This document shows, piece by piece, positions 12,201 through 24,800 of a DNA stretch of 64,000 bases. Where the stretch lies: NCBI GenBank assembly GCA_964016885.1, contig OZ024742.1, positions 217,310,001 to 217,374,000 of the forward strand. The letters are read 5' to 3'. Both the position numbers and the translations under genes were made by a program. The stretch is from Eledone cirrhosa (Eukaryota). The stretch's first letter is position 1. Each line of letters begins with the position of its first letter. The notes beneath the pieces are model-generated. The model did no database searches. It was not told the DNA's origin and saw only the letters and a program-made list of their open reading frames with translations.

Positions 12201-12508
12201 CTCATGCTTCCCGAAATACGCCAAAACTACACCTGATGTGCCCCTTCCATACACATGCATACATGTGTGCACTGTTCATTTTATTGATGTTTGTGCATTG
12301 CCCTATGTACTGTACATGCACTTTTTTGATGGGTTGTGGTGCACCTGGGCACTGTGCACAATATTTCATTATTGTTATTGTTATTATATCATGACTCATA
12401 CACTGTTTATTTTCCTGACATTTGTACATTATTCTATGTACTATACATGCACCTTTGATGAGTTGTAGTGCACCAGAGCACTGTACACAATAATTTCATT
12501 ATTATTAT
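9251..12508 (+). mobile_element. CR1-group LINE, 5'-truncated (ORF1 tail, complete ORF2, 3' UTR)
   Basis: The start matches the ORF1 C-terminus of the 21.9-25.9 kb copy (ESFSLRDDGQIW). APE plus RT ORF; 3' end aatttcattattattat; lies in the MBTPS1 exon 12-13 intron, antisense to the host. Confidence 0.93.
9405..12236 (+). CDS. LINE ORF2: apurinic-like endonuclease plus reverse transcriptase (no ATG start)
   Basis: Uninterrupted frame with APE motifs NARSL, ETW, GDFNHP, DLIF, SDH; RT motifs YRPVSLTS, QFGF, DFAKAF, GVPQGS, YADD; CR1-like C-terminus LYTAMVRPHLEF...VQRRATK...TRGH...WNKLP. Confidence 0.93.
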   Translation, partial: GKLNQNNLPPSTHHHKLRAGYKLLSLNARSLCNKIHLFESYVRSIDPDFITVTETWAHSLLCDGVFTITGYNLFRKDRINRRGGGVMVYVRSNFSVIPCVDLNESQEEVFFCDIRMTMSTLLLGVVYRPPNYHQDTQLCDILRVAAKKTATYVFIAGDFNHPEIDWETFRWPRGANDFLELVLDSNWSQVVTSPTRGDNTLDLIFTTTPEVVISCTTEEPLGDSDHAMIIANLALEGSNKDQSHLQSACFDWKRADWNLYCTELQRPNWHEMYNSGDVNSILQSILDSIWIACAASVPRKRKNNHPKSAIWETSAVRLARKERRNAEREYKLHRSDANRKKRNKSSNHLKQVTKKAVLEFEQCIATNPDSKVFWKYVHSKQRPHSPVGPLRNPHTSQITDDPKECAELIAECYASIFTVENQNVPSPPSLTSNSITTMEFTPAMLRRHLKNKRNYASPGLDGVTYLLLKRGGDFLLRQLSFFFQYCLSNGATPEQWKTASVIPLFKKGNRMSPVNYRPVSLTSCMAKLMESCVRETLWNFWSSHSLIRPSQFGFIPNSSCCDQLIEFLEDITRITDSGSWVDVVYLDFAKAFNSVPHKRLMAKLSAMGVRDDLFDWLKSFILSRKEVVTVLGQHSSPYEMSSGVPQGSVLRPLLFVAYINDIDANLQNATVLKYADDIKLYLEIKRTDPEIYNSFLQSDLDTMQQWITDWQLKLAVDKCTTMHFGRKNPASTYSLHNTDIKKSSCERNLGITVSNDLRWTKHVSKIVKKAEGVLASLSKTFVSRSPAIYLKLYTAMVRPHLEFASSVWNPYLARNIDLLETVQRRATKRIPSIRHLPYSERLASLGMDSLKLRRLAVDLVNTHKVFNHLANCNPERLFDLHVSNTRGHAYKIRKQHSSHDFRRHFFTLRVAETWNKLPVSIVSCRDTASFKTLMLPEIRQNYT

Positions 12509-12865
12509 ACACTCACAATAGCGACACAGCCACACTCTATACATAGACAATTGTTACACAGTAACACACTATACATACACACATCAGTTACACAACCACA
12601 CTATGCATATTCATAACAGCTAGTCACACTCAATACATACGCACAACAGTTACACTATACATACACACACACACACAGTAGCTCACTATACATACATACA
12701 TAGACAAAAGTTACACAGTAGCACACTATATACATACACAACAGTTACACACTATACATACACATAATAGTTACACACTATACATACACATAATAGTTAT
12801 ACACTATACATACACATTCAACAGTCATACAGTAATAAATTGTACATACACACACAGTTACACAT
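12505..12865. repeat. CA-rich degenerate minisatellite (acactatacatacaca...agtt), continuing at about 9150-9250 on the other side of the LINE
   Basis: Repeated acactatacatacac units flank the CR1-group insertion. Confidence 0.8.
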
Positions 12866-13118
12866 ATGACTAATTTCCTTCATGGTAAGAATTTTGTCTT
12901 GTTTCTTTTCCAGAATATAAGTTAACTTAAGCACTGATTTGACAGAATATTGTTCAATGGAGAGAGAAAATGTAAGGAAAGAGAAAGAAAAATGGGGGAA
13001 GAGAGATGGATAAAGACTTTTTATATTTATGTTTTATTGATAGCACTGAACCAAATGTGTGTATCAAAAGACAAAATAAAGAAAAGAGAGAGGAGAAAAG
13101 AATGTAAAGAATCCTTAC

Positions 13119-13195
13119 TTGTGACTAGATCCCCTTACAGCTGATCCATATGTAACAATGTCAGGTTTCAGTCGACCATATCCGGCAGGTAACTC
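13119..13195 (-). CDS. MBTPS1: Site-1 protease coding exon 12
   Basis: ELPAGYGRLKPDIVTYGSAVRGSSH; tag/GTAAGG. Confidence 0.96.
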
Positions 13196-13679
13196 CTACA
13201 AAGATTTTAGTTTGACATTACAAATAAATGCAATTTGAAGATATCCTATATAAATACACACTAAAATATACATCAACTAAATCTTTATTCTCAACAAGAA
13301 AATGCCAGAAGGTTCAATCTAGTCATACAAATATCAAAGTTAAAACAACCACAATGTCCAGGCCATGACAGCATGATAATGATATTCCAGTAGGTTTCAA
13401 TCTACTTACACAATTACCAAAATTAAACTAATAACAAAGTCTTTATTTCCAGCTCTAATATTCCAGGAAATCTCATGTTACTTGTACAAATACCAGCTAA
13501 ACATACATCAAATACAGTATATACTCAAACATAAACCAATATTTTATATCTAAGAAATGGATAAACATCCAAACCCCATTCATAAGCCAAGGCAGCTAAT
13601 CAACACATTATGTTTAGATGGCAGTTTTGAAATTCTCATAGTGCAGAATATATTTATGAAGTTTTAATATTTTGATATC

Positions 13680-13935
13680 TATCTCTGATACTATGGGCAA
13701 GTGGTTAGAATGTCTCAAGAAAGAATCACTGGACAGATTATATAGGCAAAACCAACCAGTAGGAGACCCAAGAGTAGACCCCAAGCAAGATGGATAACAT
13801 CCATGAGCTTGGCCGGTCATGTTTGGGGATCCAACTGGATCAGTTAGAGATGGTTGCTTCTGACAGGACTCACTGAAAGGAGTGTTTGAGGACGCTGCCC
13901 CAACAACCCTCTCAGGAATAAGTGGGTGAAGAAGA
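13680..13935 (+). mobile_element. 3' fragment of a second RTE-like family (related copies at about 27680-28020 and 55900-56330 on the minus strand)
   Basis: The three regions share ggcaaaaccaac...ggagaccca...agatggataacatccatgagct...agatggttgcttctgacagga, encoding a GRPRTRW-like C-terminus. Confidence 0.65.
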
Positions 13936-14397
13936 AAATGTTTTAAGTGTTTTTTAGCATATAATTTTTGTTTCACAATTCCATTATGTAAAGATCTTTT
14001 TACCAATTTCCAATCGTTTTGAAAGCTATATTCTTTTAAAACACATAAAATAATAGAAATTTCACCTCCAAGGTGAAATCATATTCACTTCCAAAGTGAA
14101 ACCAGTGCAATATTCACCTCCAAAGCTAAAATATTTTAGTACCTTGTTTACATAGAATTTGAAGTTGGTGAAAATTGGCAAAATATTGACCTTGAATATA
14201 AGTAGCCGTCCCATCCACCCCCACCCATCCCATTTTTACCATCAAATGTTTTGTCACATATTTCTAGACTTATATTCAAGTATATATGGTAAATCTCCTT
14301 ATTCTCAACAAGTTAAACTATTATCAACAAATCTATTACAGTAAGTTCCATTCTATTAATACAAGCATGAAGATGAATTGACAAATATTGATTTCGC

Positions 14398-15515
14398 TTT
14401 TTTTTTTTTTTTTTTTATTTCGGTGGGCTTGCGACTCAGCACCTGGAGAGGCAGGCCCATGTCATCCAACAGCGTTGTCGGGCGCTGGAGGTCTGGTTCT
14501 GTCTGGACCTCCAGACGGATAAAAACTGGGACGAGGTGACGAGCAGGGTGGCCTCTCTCATCCAGAAATGGGCCGAGAGGAAGTTATCCCTGAAAGGTTG
14601 AGGGGAGGTGGCGAACATGTACATGGCGTCCGTCATCTACTAACGACTGACTGTCGTGTCTTGTCCTAAGTCTCACCTGACTGTGCTGGAGCATTTGCGC
14701 TTTCACTTTGTGTGGAAAGGACGCGCTCCAGTGGTCAGACAGTCCATCTGCGGTTAACACCCACTACGTGGAGGGCTGGGCATGCTGTGGCTGATGATGC
14801 GCAGACATGCGCTCAGGCTACGGCATCTGTGCCTCTTCCTCAACGGTAAACTAGTGTGGTCACCGTTTACTAGACACGTTTTTCCCCAGCTCGTCGCCTT
14901 GATGGAGCTGCAGTCCTGGGTCAAGCAAAGACCAAGAGGAAGTGCTTGGAAACTGGAATGCCTTCAAGCGCTCACTGCCCTCGACCAGTCGGGTGATATG
15001 ATTGGTGAAAACTCCACCTTGGCATTCTATAGAGGGTTAGTGCAGGACAAGAGTGACGACGACCTTGGAGAAATTCTGGGTGTCAATGAAAACTAACTAG
15101 CTATTCTCTTCGCGAGGACTTTCGGTCTGGGACAATGGATTACTTCCAGAAGTCCCTGGCCTGGGAGTGTTACCGGGGAGCTTTGCCAGTTCAAGATAAA
15201 CTTGGCATGGAAGTGCCGTCAACTGGGCCTGTCTAGCGTGAGACCGTCCTGCATGCACTCGCCCAGTGTCTCAGCATTGCTAACTTGTGGATTTATGTAA
15301 ACATCTGCTGTCACGTGTAGGATGAATCCGGCTATCAGCTGAGTCCATCGTGATAATTGCCCCGCTGCCCTCTAACCAGGATGGTCAGGCAATTTTTATC
15401 TGCCTGGTGGCCATGGTAAAAGAGGTCGTATGGTGGACACGTCTGAAAGGGTTGAAGTCGGGCACTTTCCTCTTCGGTGACGCCTTCATTAACTTTTTCA
15501 GATTTAACCCGAAAA
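14398..15515 (+). mobile_element. L1/Tx1-type LINE ORF2 C-terminal fragment preceded by poly(T)
   Basis: GC-rich block; translation KNWDEV...KWAERKLSLKG*xEVAN...FVWKG...HPLRGGLG is typical of the post-RT region of L1/Tx1 ORF2; several stops. Confidence 0.75.
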
Positions 15516-17932
15516 TGAAAATCCATAATTTGCAGATGAGTCCTAATCCCTTATACCTAATAAAAATATGTATTTATCTACTATCTAGTGGGCCTTAAAG
15601 AAATTAGACATAGAAGAATGGTGTGTGAGTGCAATATAAGTCATGTACAGAGGAACTGTTGGTAAAGTGAAAATAAGAAATGAGTTTAGTGAGGAATTCA
15701 ATGTACAGGTATGTGTTCATCAGAGCATCATAATATACTTGGGAAATCTAAATTAAATAACATCACAACATTCCCAATTTATTTTCTATATGTTTAAACT
15801 GCTTTAAATGTAAGGTATTTCAATTTGAATTTGAAACTTATTTATTGAATATTATTTTGAGTTAAAAATTCAGTTTCTAAAAGATTTGACTTGCTCACCC
15901 ACCCTATTTTACTTCTAAAATTATCTTACTGTTATCAACATGAATTTCAAAACAAAATCTTTATTAAATTTACTATTCTTAGTTTGGTGCTGTTTAAGCT
16001 CAGATCAGCCTCATTTAATGATCAAAGGTATTCCAACCATGACCATCCTATCTTTTCCTATATGCAGGGAACCTAAGACTAAGTTATCTAACATGTCCTT
16101 AAAGATTATTGGAGATAATTTGAGGGGGTTTTGTTGCTATTTCTAGAAAGATTATGTAGAGGAGTCCTTTGTGTACATGTAGCCAAGGTATATAACTCCA
16201 AGGTATATAACTCCAAATGTAAGCAAAAATAGCCAACATACGCCCAAATTATTCAATATGTAAAAAACAACACTCAAATCCATGCTTGTATGGAAATACA
16301 AAAGAAAAGAATAGCATTGAATATCGAAACTTTTATGTAAGACTACTTCATTTTAACATTAAGAAACTGGATTACTGACCTCCTGATCATTAGTTTAAAT
16401 CATGCTGCAAAATCTATGATGTAGCCATTATATAAAGTACAAAAGACTCTTTATCTCAGTCTTGGTTTCATGATTGAGGGATTAGAGATATGTAGTAACA
16501 ATTGATTTGCTTTCAATGTCAAGAATTCATAGATAACTATCCAACTTTATACAAAACCCATACTACCCAATAAACTAGTGATAGAACAAAACAGATGATG
16601 TGAAACAGTAAAAAATAGTTCATTCTTAAAAAATTAACAGCAAGTTCATCATTTAACATCATTAATGAATTTCAAAGAATCATGTTTTTCCTCTTCATTT
16701 CATAGCTGATCAAGTCATTTAAAATGAATGTTCGTTTTCCCATCTAACAAATGTTGGACATGTCACATATGTGTAGTTTATCGCTAGGGAAGTTGTAATG
16801 TCCTTGGCATAACTGAGGAGTCTTCCCAACCCTTCATTTGGCTGGATCACCAACTACTTTACAAAAATTGCATACAGGGTGATTGTTTATCATGTAGTTC
16901 ACCAATACTAAGGCGATAGTCATGTTTATGGCACAGCTGAAGAGACCTCCCTTCACTAATGTGCTCAGTCTACTTAATAAATAGGGAGCATGGGACCCAC
17001 AATTTACAGAGCTAAGCAGCCAACGTTTAGGGAGTTGATTCAAGAAGACAGATATAAACAGCTGTACAATTATTCAAGATATGCTGCCAATTAAGAGAAC
17101 AAACTTCTAATTAATTTAACTGAGGTAAAGCATTTTGGGGCTATTTTCCCCTGCTAAAGCATGTGTTAGCCTTGTGGGCCCCATGGCGCTCTTTTTAAAA
17201 GAATATTTTAAAGCCAGATTCCAGTACTCATACAACTCACAGCCATATAACGTACCTATTCTAAACTGGATATACACAGCACTGTACTAAATCAATATAG
17301 AGTCAAAAATTTGATTTAAAGACTATAAAATGTTCAACCTTACATTAATTTAGGTTTATTTGGGGAATCAGATAAATAGTACCTTACAGCATGATTACCA
17401 AACAATACATTATGTGAAAACATTTACTGTATAAACATTGGTCCAAAAGTCAGTGCAAGGCAGAAACATTTGAACAAAATACCTTGTGGTATTTAGTTAT
17501 GAGATCAAATTCTGTGCATTCAAGTATTGGGGTCTATACAATCAACTGTATATTTGAATCTGATGTTCCAGCATGGCCTCAGTCCAATGACTGAAGCCAA
17601 TAAAATAAAATATAAGAATATTGGCCTTTTTTTTAAATCTAGCCAGTTTAACCCTTTAACATTTAAACCGGCCATATCCGGCCAGAATTCTTTCACCTCT
17701 TTCTATTCAAACTAGCCGCTCATATTGATGTTCTCAAAATAAATAAGATCAAAAACTTCAGTTCCACGATTCCTTAAAAATCATATATAAGTTCCATAAC
17801 AAAATATGATTGGGAACTACTGTTCTACAGCATTACCAAATATGGTTTTAAATATATTGATGAACTATAAATGTTATGTAGATTTCCACATTCTAAATAA
17901 AGTAATTTTCTATGTGTAAAAATAAACTACTA

Positions 17933-18202
<270 letters not shown>

Positions 18203-19314
18203 TCACAGTAATAATAGTGTAATAGTAATTAGTAACACCATTAAATCTTAACACACAATCATCTGCTAAATAAGTGTGGTACCTCGTATCAGGCAGTCCA
18301 CTGGAATTTAGTGTACATTCAAGATTTTAATATGCTTTTTCTGAAAGGAAGTAAATTGCAAGTATTTATATATGTGGTGTCATATAAGAGTAAATACAGA
18401 GGATCTTGAGTGATTTGGAAAAGAATAAGTTGAATATGAATGACATTTACATTGGCCTGGACATTAAACAAGTAGATGGTTGATACAGGCTGAGTGAAAA
18501 AGTGTTGAAAAAAGGAAAAGTAGTCAGGTCAGACCTAAATACGCAGTTTTTCAGAAAAGCTGTCACTCTATAAGGATATGAAACATGTAAATAAACAAGG
18601 AGAATCGTAATGAAGGTGACAGCAGTAGCAATAGCTTGTGATAGTGTTCTTTCATAATACCAATCATTTAACTATAAGATCATCATTTTTAATGTCTATT
18701 TTCCATGGGTTAGATGGACTGTCATGTTATGAGACCAAACAGGTCAAGTGACCATACCTTGCTCATACAATCTGTTTTGGGCTTTGTTTTCTATGGCTGG
18801 ATGTTCTTAATGCCAACCTCATGACAGTGGATTGGGTGCATTTTTGTTGTGACACAAGCACCTTAAAGGGTAGGTTAGGTGCATTTTTAGGTAGTATCAG
18901 TACAACCACATTACAGAGTAGACATGGTGCTTTTTTGTGGTGGTGGTGGTGGTGGTGGTGGTACCAGCACAACCACCGAACAAGGTGAACTGGGTGCTTC
19001 CACCAGTACAACTGCCTTACAGAGTAGACAGGGTGCTTTCTTTTGTCATGGCACTAGCATGACTACCTTGCAAGATGGACTGAGTGCTTGTTTTGTTGTG
19101 GCACCAGTACAACCACCTTACAGGGTACTTTTTGTCATGGCACTAGTAGAACCAACTTTCACAGCAAAGTTTTAATACATAAAGTAATGTACTATACATT
19201 CAAATAAAATGCAATGACATGGACAATTCAAACTTTTTCAAGAATAGAAGTTTAAAATATAAAAAAAAAAAAAAAACTGAACAATTAGAAAAATAAGCCA
19301 ATAGATATACCTAC

Positions 19315-19382
19315 CCATAAAGTGGTCCATCATTTCCTATAGCAGATATCATAATGACTTTGTTGGCAGTTAATTCCCATAC
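19315..19382 (-). CDS. MBTPS1: Site-1 protease coding exon 10 (oxyanion Asn)
   Basis: [23 protein letters not shown]; cag/GTAGGT. Confidence 0.96.
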
Positions 19383-19968
19383 CTGTAATATATGCAGATT
19401 GAGTGAGATGAAAAAAGAATATTATATCAAAGACCCTCTTTGTTAACTATGCTAGCATTAACTAATCCCAGCAGTGACCACTACTATAAAACTCAATCCC
19501 CTAAAAAGAAGAGATTGAACAATGTAGGAGTGGGGGTAAAAAAAAGATGGGAATGGTCATGGTTGTAATATAAGTATGCTCAAACAAAGCTGACTTGAAC
19601 CTCAGTTTTAACTATCAAAATGGTATCAGCATTTATATATTACCATCGTCATCGTCACTGATTTACATCATTTTTCATGCTTACATAGGTTAGATGTGTT
19701 GTCACATTCTGAGGCTAGATAGGTTAGGTGGCTACATCTCACTCATATGTTTCAGTCTAACAGTTCTACAGCCAGATGCCCTGCCTATGGCCGACCACTT
19801 CATGGCATGTTCCAGGTGCTTTTAGTCGAGGCACCAGCACTACCACTTGACAGGGTGGATTGGGTACTTTTTCATTGCAACACCAGCACTACCACCTTAC
19901 AGGGTGGACTGGATGCTTTTTATGATGGCACCACTTACAAGATGGTTTGAGTGCTATTTAGCATGGTA

Positions 19969-21880
19969 TTAGCAGACAAACTTAAGGATAGGTTTTACGA
20001 GTCCCTAATGCACACTACTGCTCTAACAAACGACAATGACTTCCTAATCATCGCAGGAGATTTTAACGGACACGTAGGTAAACACTGTGACGGATTCAAT
20101 AGAATCCATGGAGGCCACAGGTTTGGCACAAGAAATGAAGAAGGATTCAGACTTCTAGAATTCTGCGACACCAATGACATGTCGATATGTAACACAAACT
20201 TCAAAAAACCCGACAACCACCTGATCACCTATAGATCAGGGGAGCATTCTAGTCAGATAGATTTTATCCTCATCAGAGGACGTGACAAATGGACGGTCGT
20301 AAACACAAAAGCCTACCCTAGTGAGGAATGTACCTCCCAACATAACTTAGTTGTCAGCGACCTCACGGTCAGAACTAGACAAACCTGGAAACAGAGGCCA
20401 ACCTGGAGAAGAAAGCTCTGGAAGCTGAAAGACCCCTCAGCCAGTAACAGATTTAAAGATAGTTTACTCAACGCCTACGACAGTAAAGAAGAACAGATAG
20501 AGACATTCAATGTAGAAGAGCACTGGGAGTTCCTAAAAAATAACTTACTAGAGGCGACGGATGAGGTCTGTGGCTAGAGTAAAACCACAAGCAGGAGGAG
20601 AGTGACTTGGTGGTGGAACAATAAGGTAGATGAGGCAGTTAAGGCCAAGAGACAGGCATGGAAAGAATGGAAGAACGGGGGGAGCAGGGTACATTACATA
20701 GAGACCAAGAGGGAAGCTAGGCGACAAGTATACTTAACTAGGACAGAAGCAGAGGATAGAAAATTCAAGCATGTTTTGCAACGTGAGGACAAGAAACAGG
20801 AGGTGTTCAAGATTGCGAGGCAGTGTGACAGAGAGAATTGTGATGTCATTGGAGAGAAGTGTATCCAGAATGATAAAGGTGAGCTTGCCCTCACAAGTGC
20901 TGAGAAGAAAGATGCATGGAAGAGCCATTATGATAGATTACTAAATTAGGAGAATGCATGGGAAGAAGAGACCCTACTCCAAGTAGACCCTATAGAGGGG
21001 CCAGCAGTACAAGTCAGCAGCAGCGTAGTAAGTAAGGCAATCAAAGATATGGAGATGGGGAAGGCAACTGGTCCATCAGGTATAGCTGACGAGATGCTGA
21101 AAGCATCTGGGTCTGTAGGTCATACTATAACCACACATATTGTTAACAAGGTAATACTAGAAGGTGTCATACCAAAAGATTGGTGCAGTAGCATCATTGT
21201 CAACTGCTACAAAGGTAAAGGTGATGCATTAGATAGAGGAAACTATAGAGTTATAAAGCTGATGGACCAGGTCATGAAAGTAACAGAAAGAGTTATAGCA
21301 CAGCTGATTAGGGACCGGGTGAAACTAGATAAAATGCAATTTGGGTTTGTACCAGGAAGAAGCACCACTGATGCCCTCTTCCTTGTGAGGCAGTTACAGG
21401 AAAAGTACCTAGCTAAAGGTAAGCCACTCTACCTGGCATTTGTCGATCTCGAGAAAGCCTTTGACAGAGTTCCGCGTGCTATAATCTGGTGGGCTCTTAG
21501 AAAACTAGGAGTAGATGAATGGCTTGTGAAAGCTGTACAAGCCATGTATAGGGGAGCAGTCAGCAAAGTTAGGATTAGCAATGAGTATAGCGAGGAATTT
21601 AGCATACAGGTTGGTGTCCACCAGGGCTCTGTTCTTAGCCCTCTCCTATTCATCATAGTCCTGCAGGCAATAACGGAGGAGTTTAAGACCGGATGCCCAT
21701 GGGAACTCCTGTATGCTGATGACCTCGCACTTATAGCTGAATCTATGGTAGAACTAGAGAAGAAATTCCAAACTTGGAAGCAGGGACTAGAAAGAAAGGG
21801 TCTTAAAGTCAACATGCCAAAGACTAAGGTCCTTGTAAGTAGACGAGAAAACACAACCCAGATCCCCTCAGGGAAATGGC
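19969..21880 (+). mobile_element. RTE-clade LINE internal fragment (APE plus RT)
   Basis: ORFs at 19951, 20602 and 21049 share one frame broken by two TAG stops; motifs GDFNGHVG, QIDFIL, TWWWN, QFGFVPGRSTTDA, DLEKAFDRVPR, GVHQGSVLSPLLF, LYADD. Confidence 0.92.
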
Positions 21881-24800
21881 ATCTATGTCATTAATATATT
21901 CCACAAACAAAAGGGGGGGGGGGGGCAAGAACAGATCCCTGTGGTACACCAGATGACATCTCATATGGTGAGGAATGCTGTCCCAGAACCGTGACTACCT
22001 CTCTTCGATTGAGAATGAAGGACTTCAACCAGTTAAAAATATCATCCTTCACACCCATTGCAGAGAGTTTTGCCATAAGCCTTTTGTGTGGCACAGAATT
22101 GAAAGCTTTCGCAAAGTCAAGGTAAACAACATCCACCCATGAGCTACCATCAGTGATCTGGGTGATGTCTTCAAGAAACTCAATAAGTTGATCACAGCAG
22201 CTGGAGTTGGGGATAAATCCAAATTGCGAGGGCCGGATAAGACTGTGACAGTTCCAGAAGTTCCAAAGTGTTTCTCTGACACAGGATTCCATCAGTTTGG
22301 CAATGCAACTAGTAAGACTGACTGGACGATAGTTCACAGGTGATGTGCGGTCACTTTTTTTTAACAGAGGAATGACACTGGCAGTTTTCCACTGTTCTGG
22401 AGTAGCACCGTTGTTCAGACAGAATTGGAAGAAGCGTGATACCTGGTGCAGAAGAAAGTACCCACCACGTTTAAGCAGGTACGTAACACCATCAAGACCA
22501 GGAGAGGCATGGTTGCGTTTATTTTTTAGGTGACGTCGCAGCATTGCAGGTGTAAATTCCATGGTTGTAATAGAATCCGGTGTCATAGATGGTGGAGACG
22601 GTACACTCTGGTCTTCAATGGTGAAAATGCCTGCATAGCATTCAGCAATGAACTCTGCGCATTCCTTGGGGTCGTCAGTAACCTGGCTTGTGTGGGGATT
22701 GTGAAGAGGACCAATTAGAGAGTGAGACTTTGAGTGAACATACTTTCAGAACACCTTACTGTCAGGGCTGGTTGCTATGCGCTGCTCAAATTGAAGCACT
22801 GACTTTTTTGTCACCTGTTTGAGGTGGTTGGACGATTTATTTCGCCTCTTCCTATTGATGTCTGATTTGTGCAGTTTGTACTCACGTTCAGCATTGCAAC
22901 GTTCTTTTCTGGCAAGACAGACTGCTGCAGTCTCCCAAATTGGACTTTTGGGATGTTTTTTCCGCTTACGTGGCACCAATGCTGCACATGCTGTCCATAT
23001 TGAGCTCAGGATGTTCTGGAGTACAGTGTTGACATCTCCAGAGTCGTAGCACTCAAGCCAGTTTGGCCGTTGCAACTCGGTGCAGTAACAGTTCCAGTCT
23101 GCTTTATTCCAGTCAAAGTGAGCGGTTTGGAGATGGTTGTGGTTCTTGTTACTGCCCATGAGGGATAGATTGGCAATGATTATAGCATGATCAGAGTCAC
23201 CTAAAGGTTCCTCAGCAGTAACACTAATGACCGTTTCAGGAGTAGTGTGAAGAGTAGGTCCAAAGTGTTGTCACCTCTTGTTGAAGAGGTGACTACTTGG
23301 GACCAATTCGAGTCCAGCACTAGCTCAAGGAAGTCATTTGCACTTGGCAGCCAACGAAAGGTTTCCCAGTCAATCTCAGGGTGATTGAAGTCCCCTGCAA
23401 TAAAAACATAAGTGGCTGTTTTCCTGGCAGCAGCAGCTGAGGATATCACAAAGTTGAGTGTCCTGATGGTAATTTGGGGGAAGGTAAACGACTCCAAGTA
23501 GCAATGTTGACATGGTCATACGTATGTCGCAGAAAAAAATTCCTGCTGTGATTGGTTCAAATTAACACAAGGAATTGCCGACAAATTTGACCAAACGTAG
23601 ACCATTATACCACCACGACGACGATTAATGCGGTCTTTACGAAACAGGTTGTAGCCAGTTATGCTGAAAATCCCATCACAGAGTAAAGGATGTGCCCAAG
23701 TTTCCGTGACTGTAATGAAGTCAGGGTTGATACTTTTGACGTAGGAGTCAAAAAGATGAATCTTATTGCATAGACTACGTACATTCAAGGACAATAATTT
23801 GTACCTTGATTCCAGTATATGATTATGTGCAGGGGATGGCAGGTTGTTCTGATTTAGTTTCCCAGAGTTTTTTCAGTTTTTTTATTGTCAGTTGTTGTGG
23901 GTACAGTGTTTTCAGACCAGCTGGTACTCTTTTCCATGTTTCACCAGCCTTAACAAACTTCCATATCTGACCATCATCACGTAGGCTGAAGCTTTCATGT
24001 TCTGCCGAGCTGCGGTTTAAGGAAGCTGCAGCACGCAACTTTGGGCGGACATCAGTTGGAAGACCAGGGCGTGTTCGGAAAGCAATCCGACTTTCACGCC
24101 TAGCTTTATCAGAGGCTACAAGGTATGAACGTTCCTCAGTTGAGTTCGAAAACGACAGTCTAATTAACCTGGGTTTCGAGCCTGGTCGGCCAAGGCGTAG
24201 AGCACCCTTTGCGGGAGCACAGCCCAAGTCTTTGGATGAACTGGCAGCAAATGCCTGAAGATCAACTATGTCTTCTGGTACACCAATGGCAATCACTTCG
24301 TGGTTTGCAGATCCAGTGGCATTCTCAATGTGTCTAGGTTCAACATGAGGTACACAGAGATTTTTTAATATGGCACTCCGGTAAGATCCCTCATTGTGAG
24401 CTTCTACACGAACGCTTGATTTTATTCCCGCTATTTCTCGGCTTAAAACGGAAATCATTTGCCGTATTTCCTCAAACTCCGTATTGACGGTCGATTTTTG
24501 TTGTTGTTCTTCTCCTTCAACAGGGGGAGACACAGTTGTTGGTTGTTGTTGTTGAAAAGTAACGGGGGAGGAAGACATGGGTTGCTGTTGTTGAAGTCCT
24601 TCAACGGGGGTAGTAGCAGAACCTACGGTCGTTGGTTTTTGCTGTTGTTCAGGAACAATGGTAGAGGAAGACACGATCTTAGGTTTTTGTTGTTGTTGTT
24701 CGGTAACAATGGTAGAGGAAGACACGATCTTCGGTTTTTGTTGTTGTTGTTGTTCAGCAGCAATGGTAGAGGCAGACATACAGTCCAGGCACTGAAAGGA

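Noticed and set aside
23823-23925. ORF-track C-terminus RVPAGLKTL...PAIPCT as the true ORF1 end
   Set aside because: Comparison with the 9.3-kb copy shows a 1-nt deletion (AGA G-T ACC); the corrected frame ends TLGN* at 23854.
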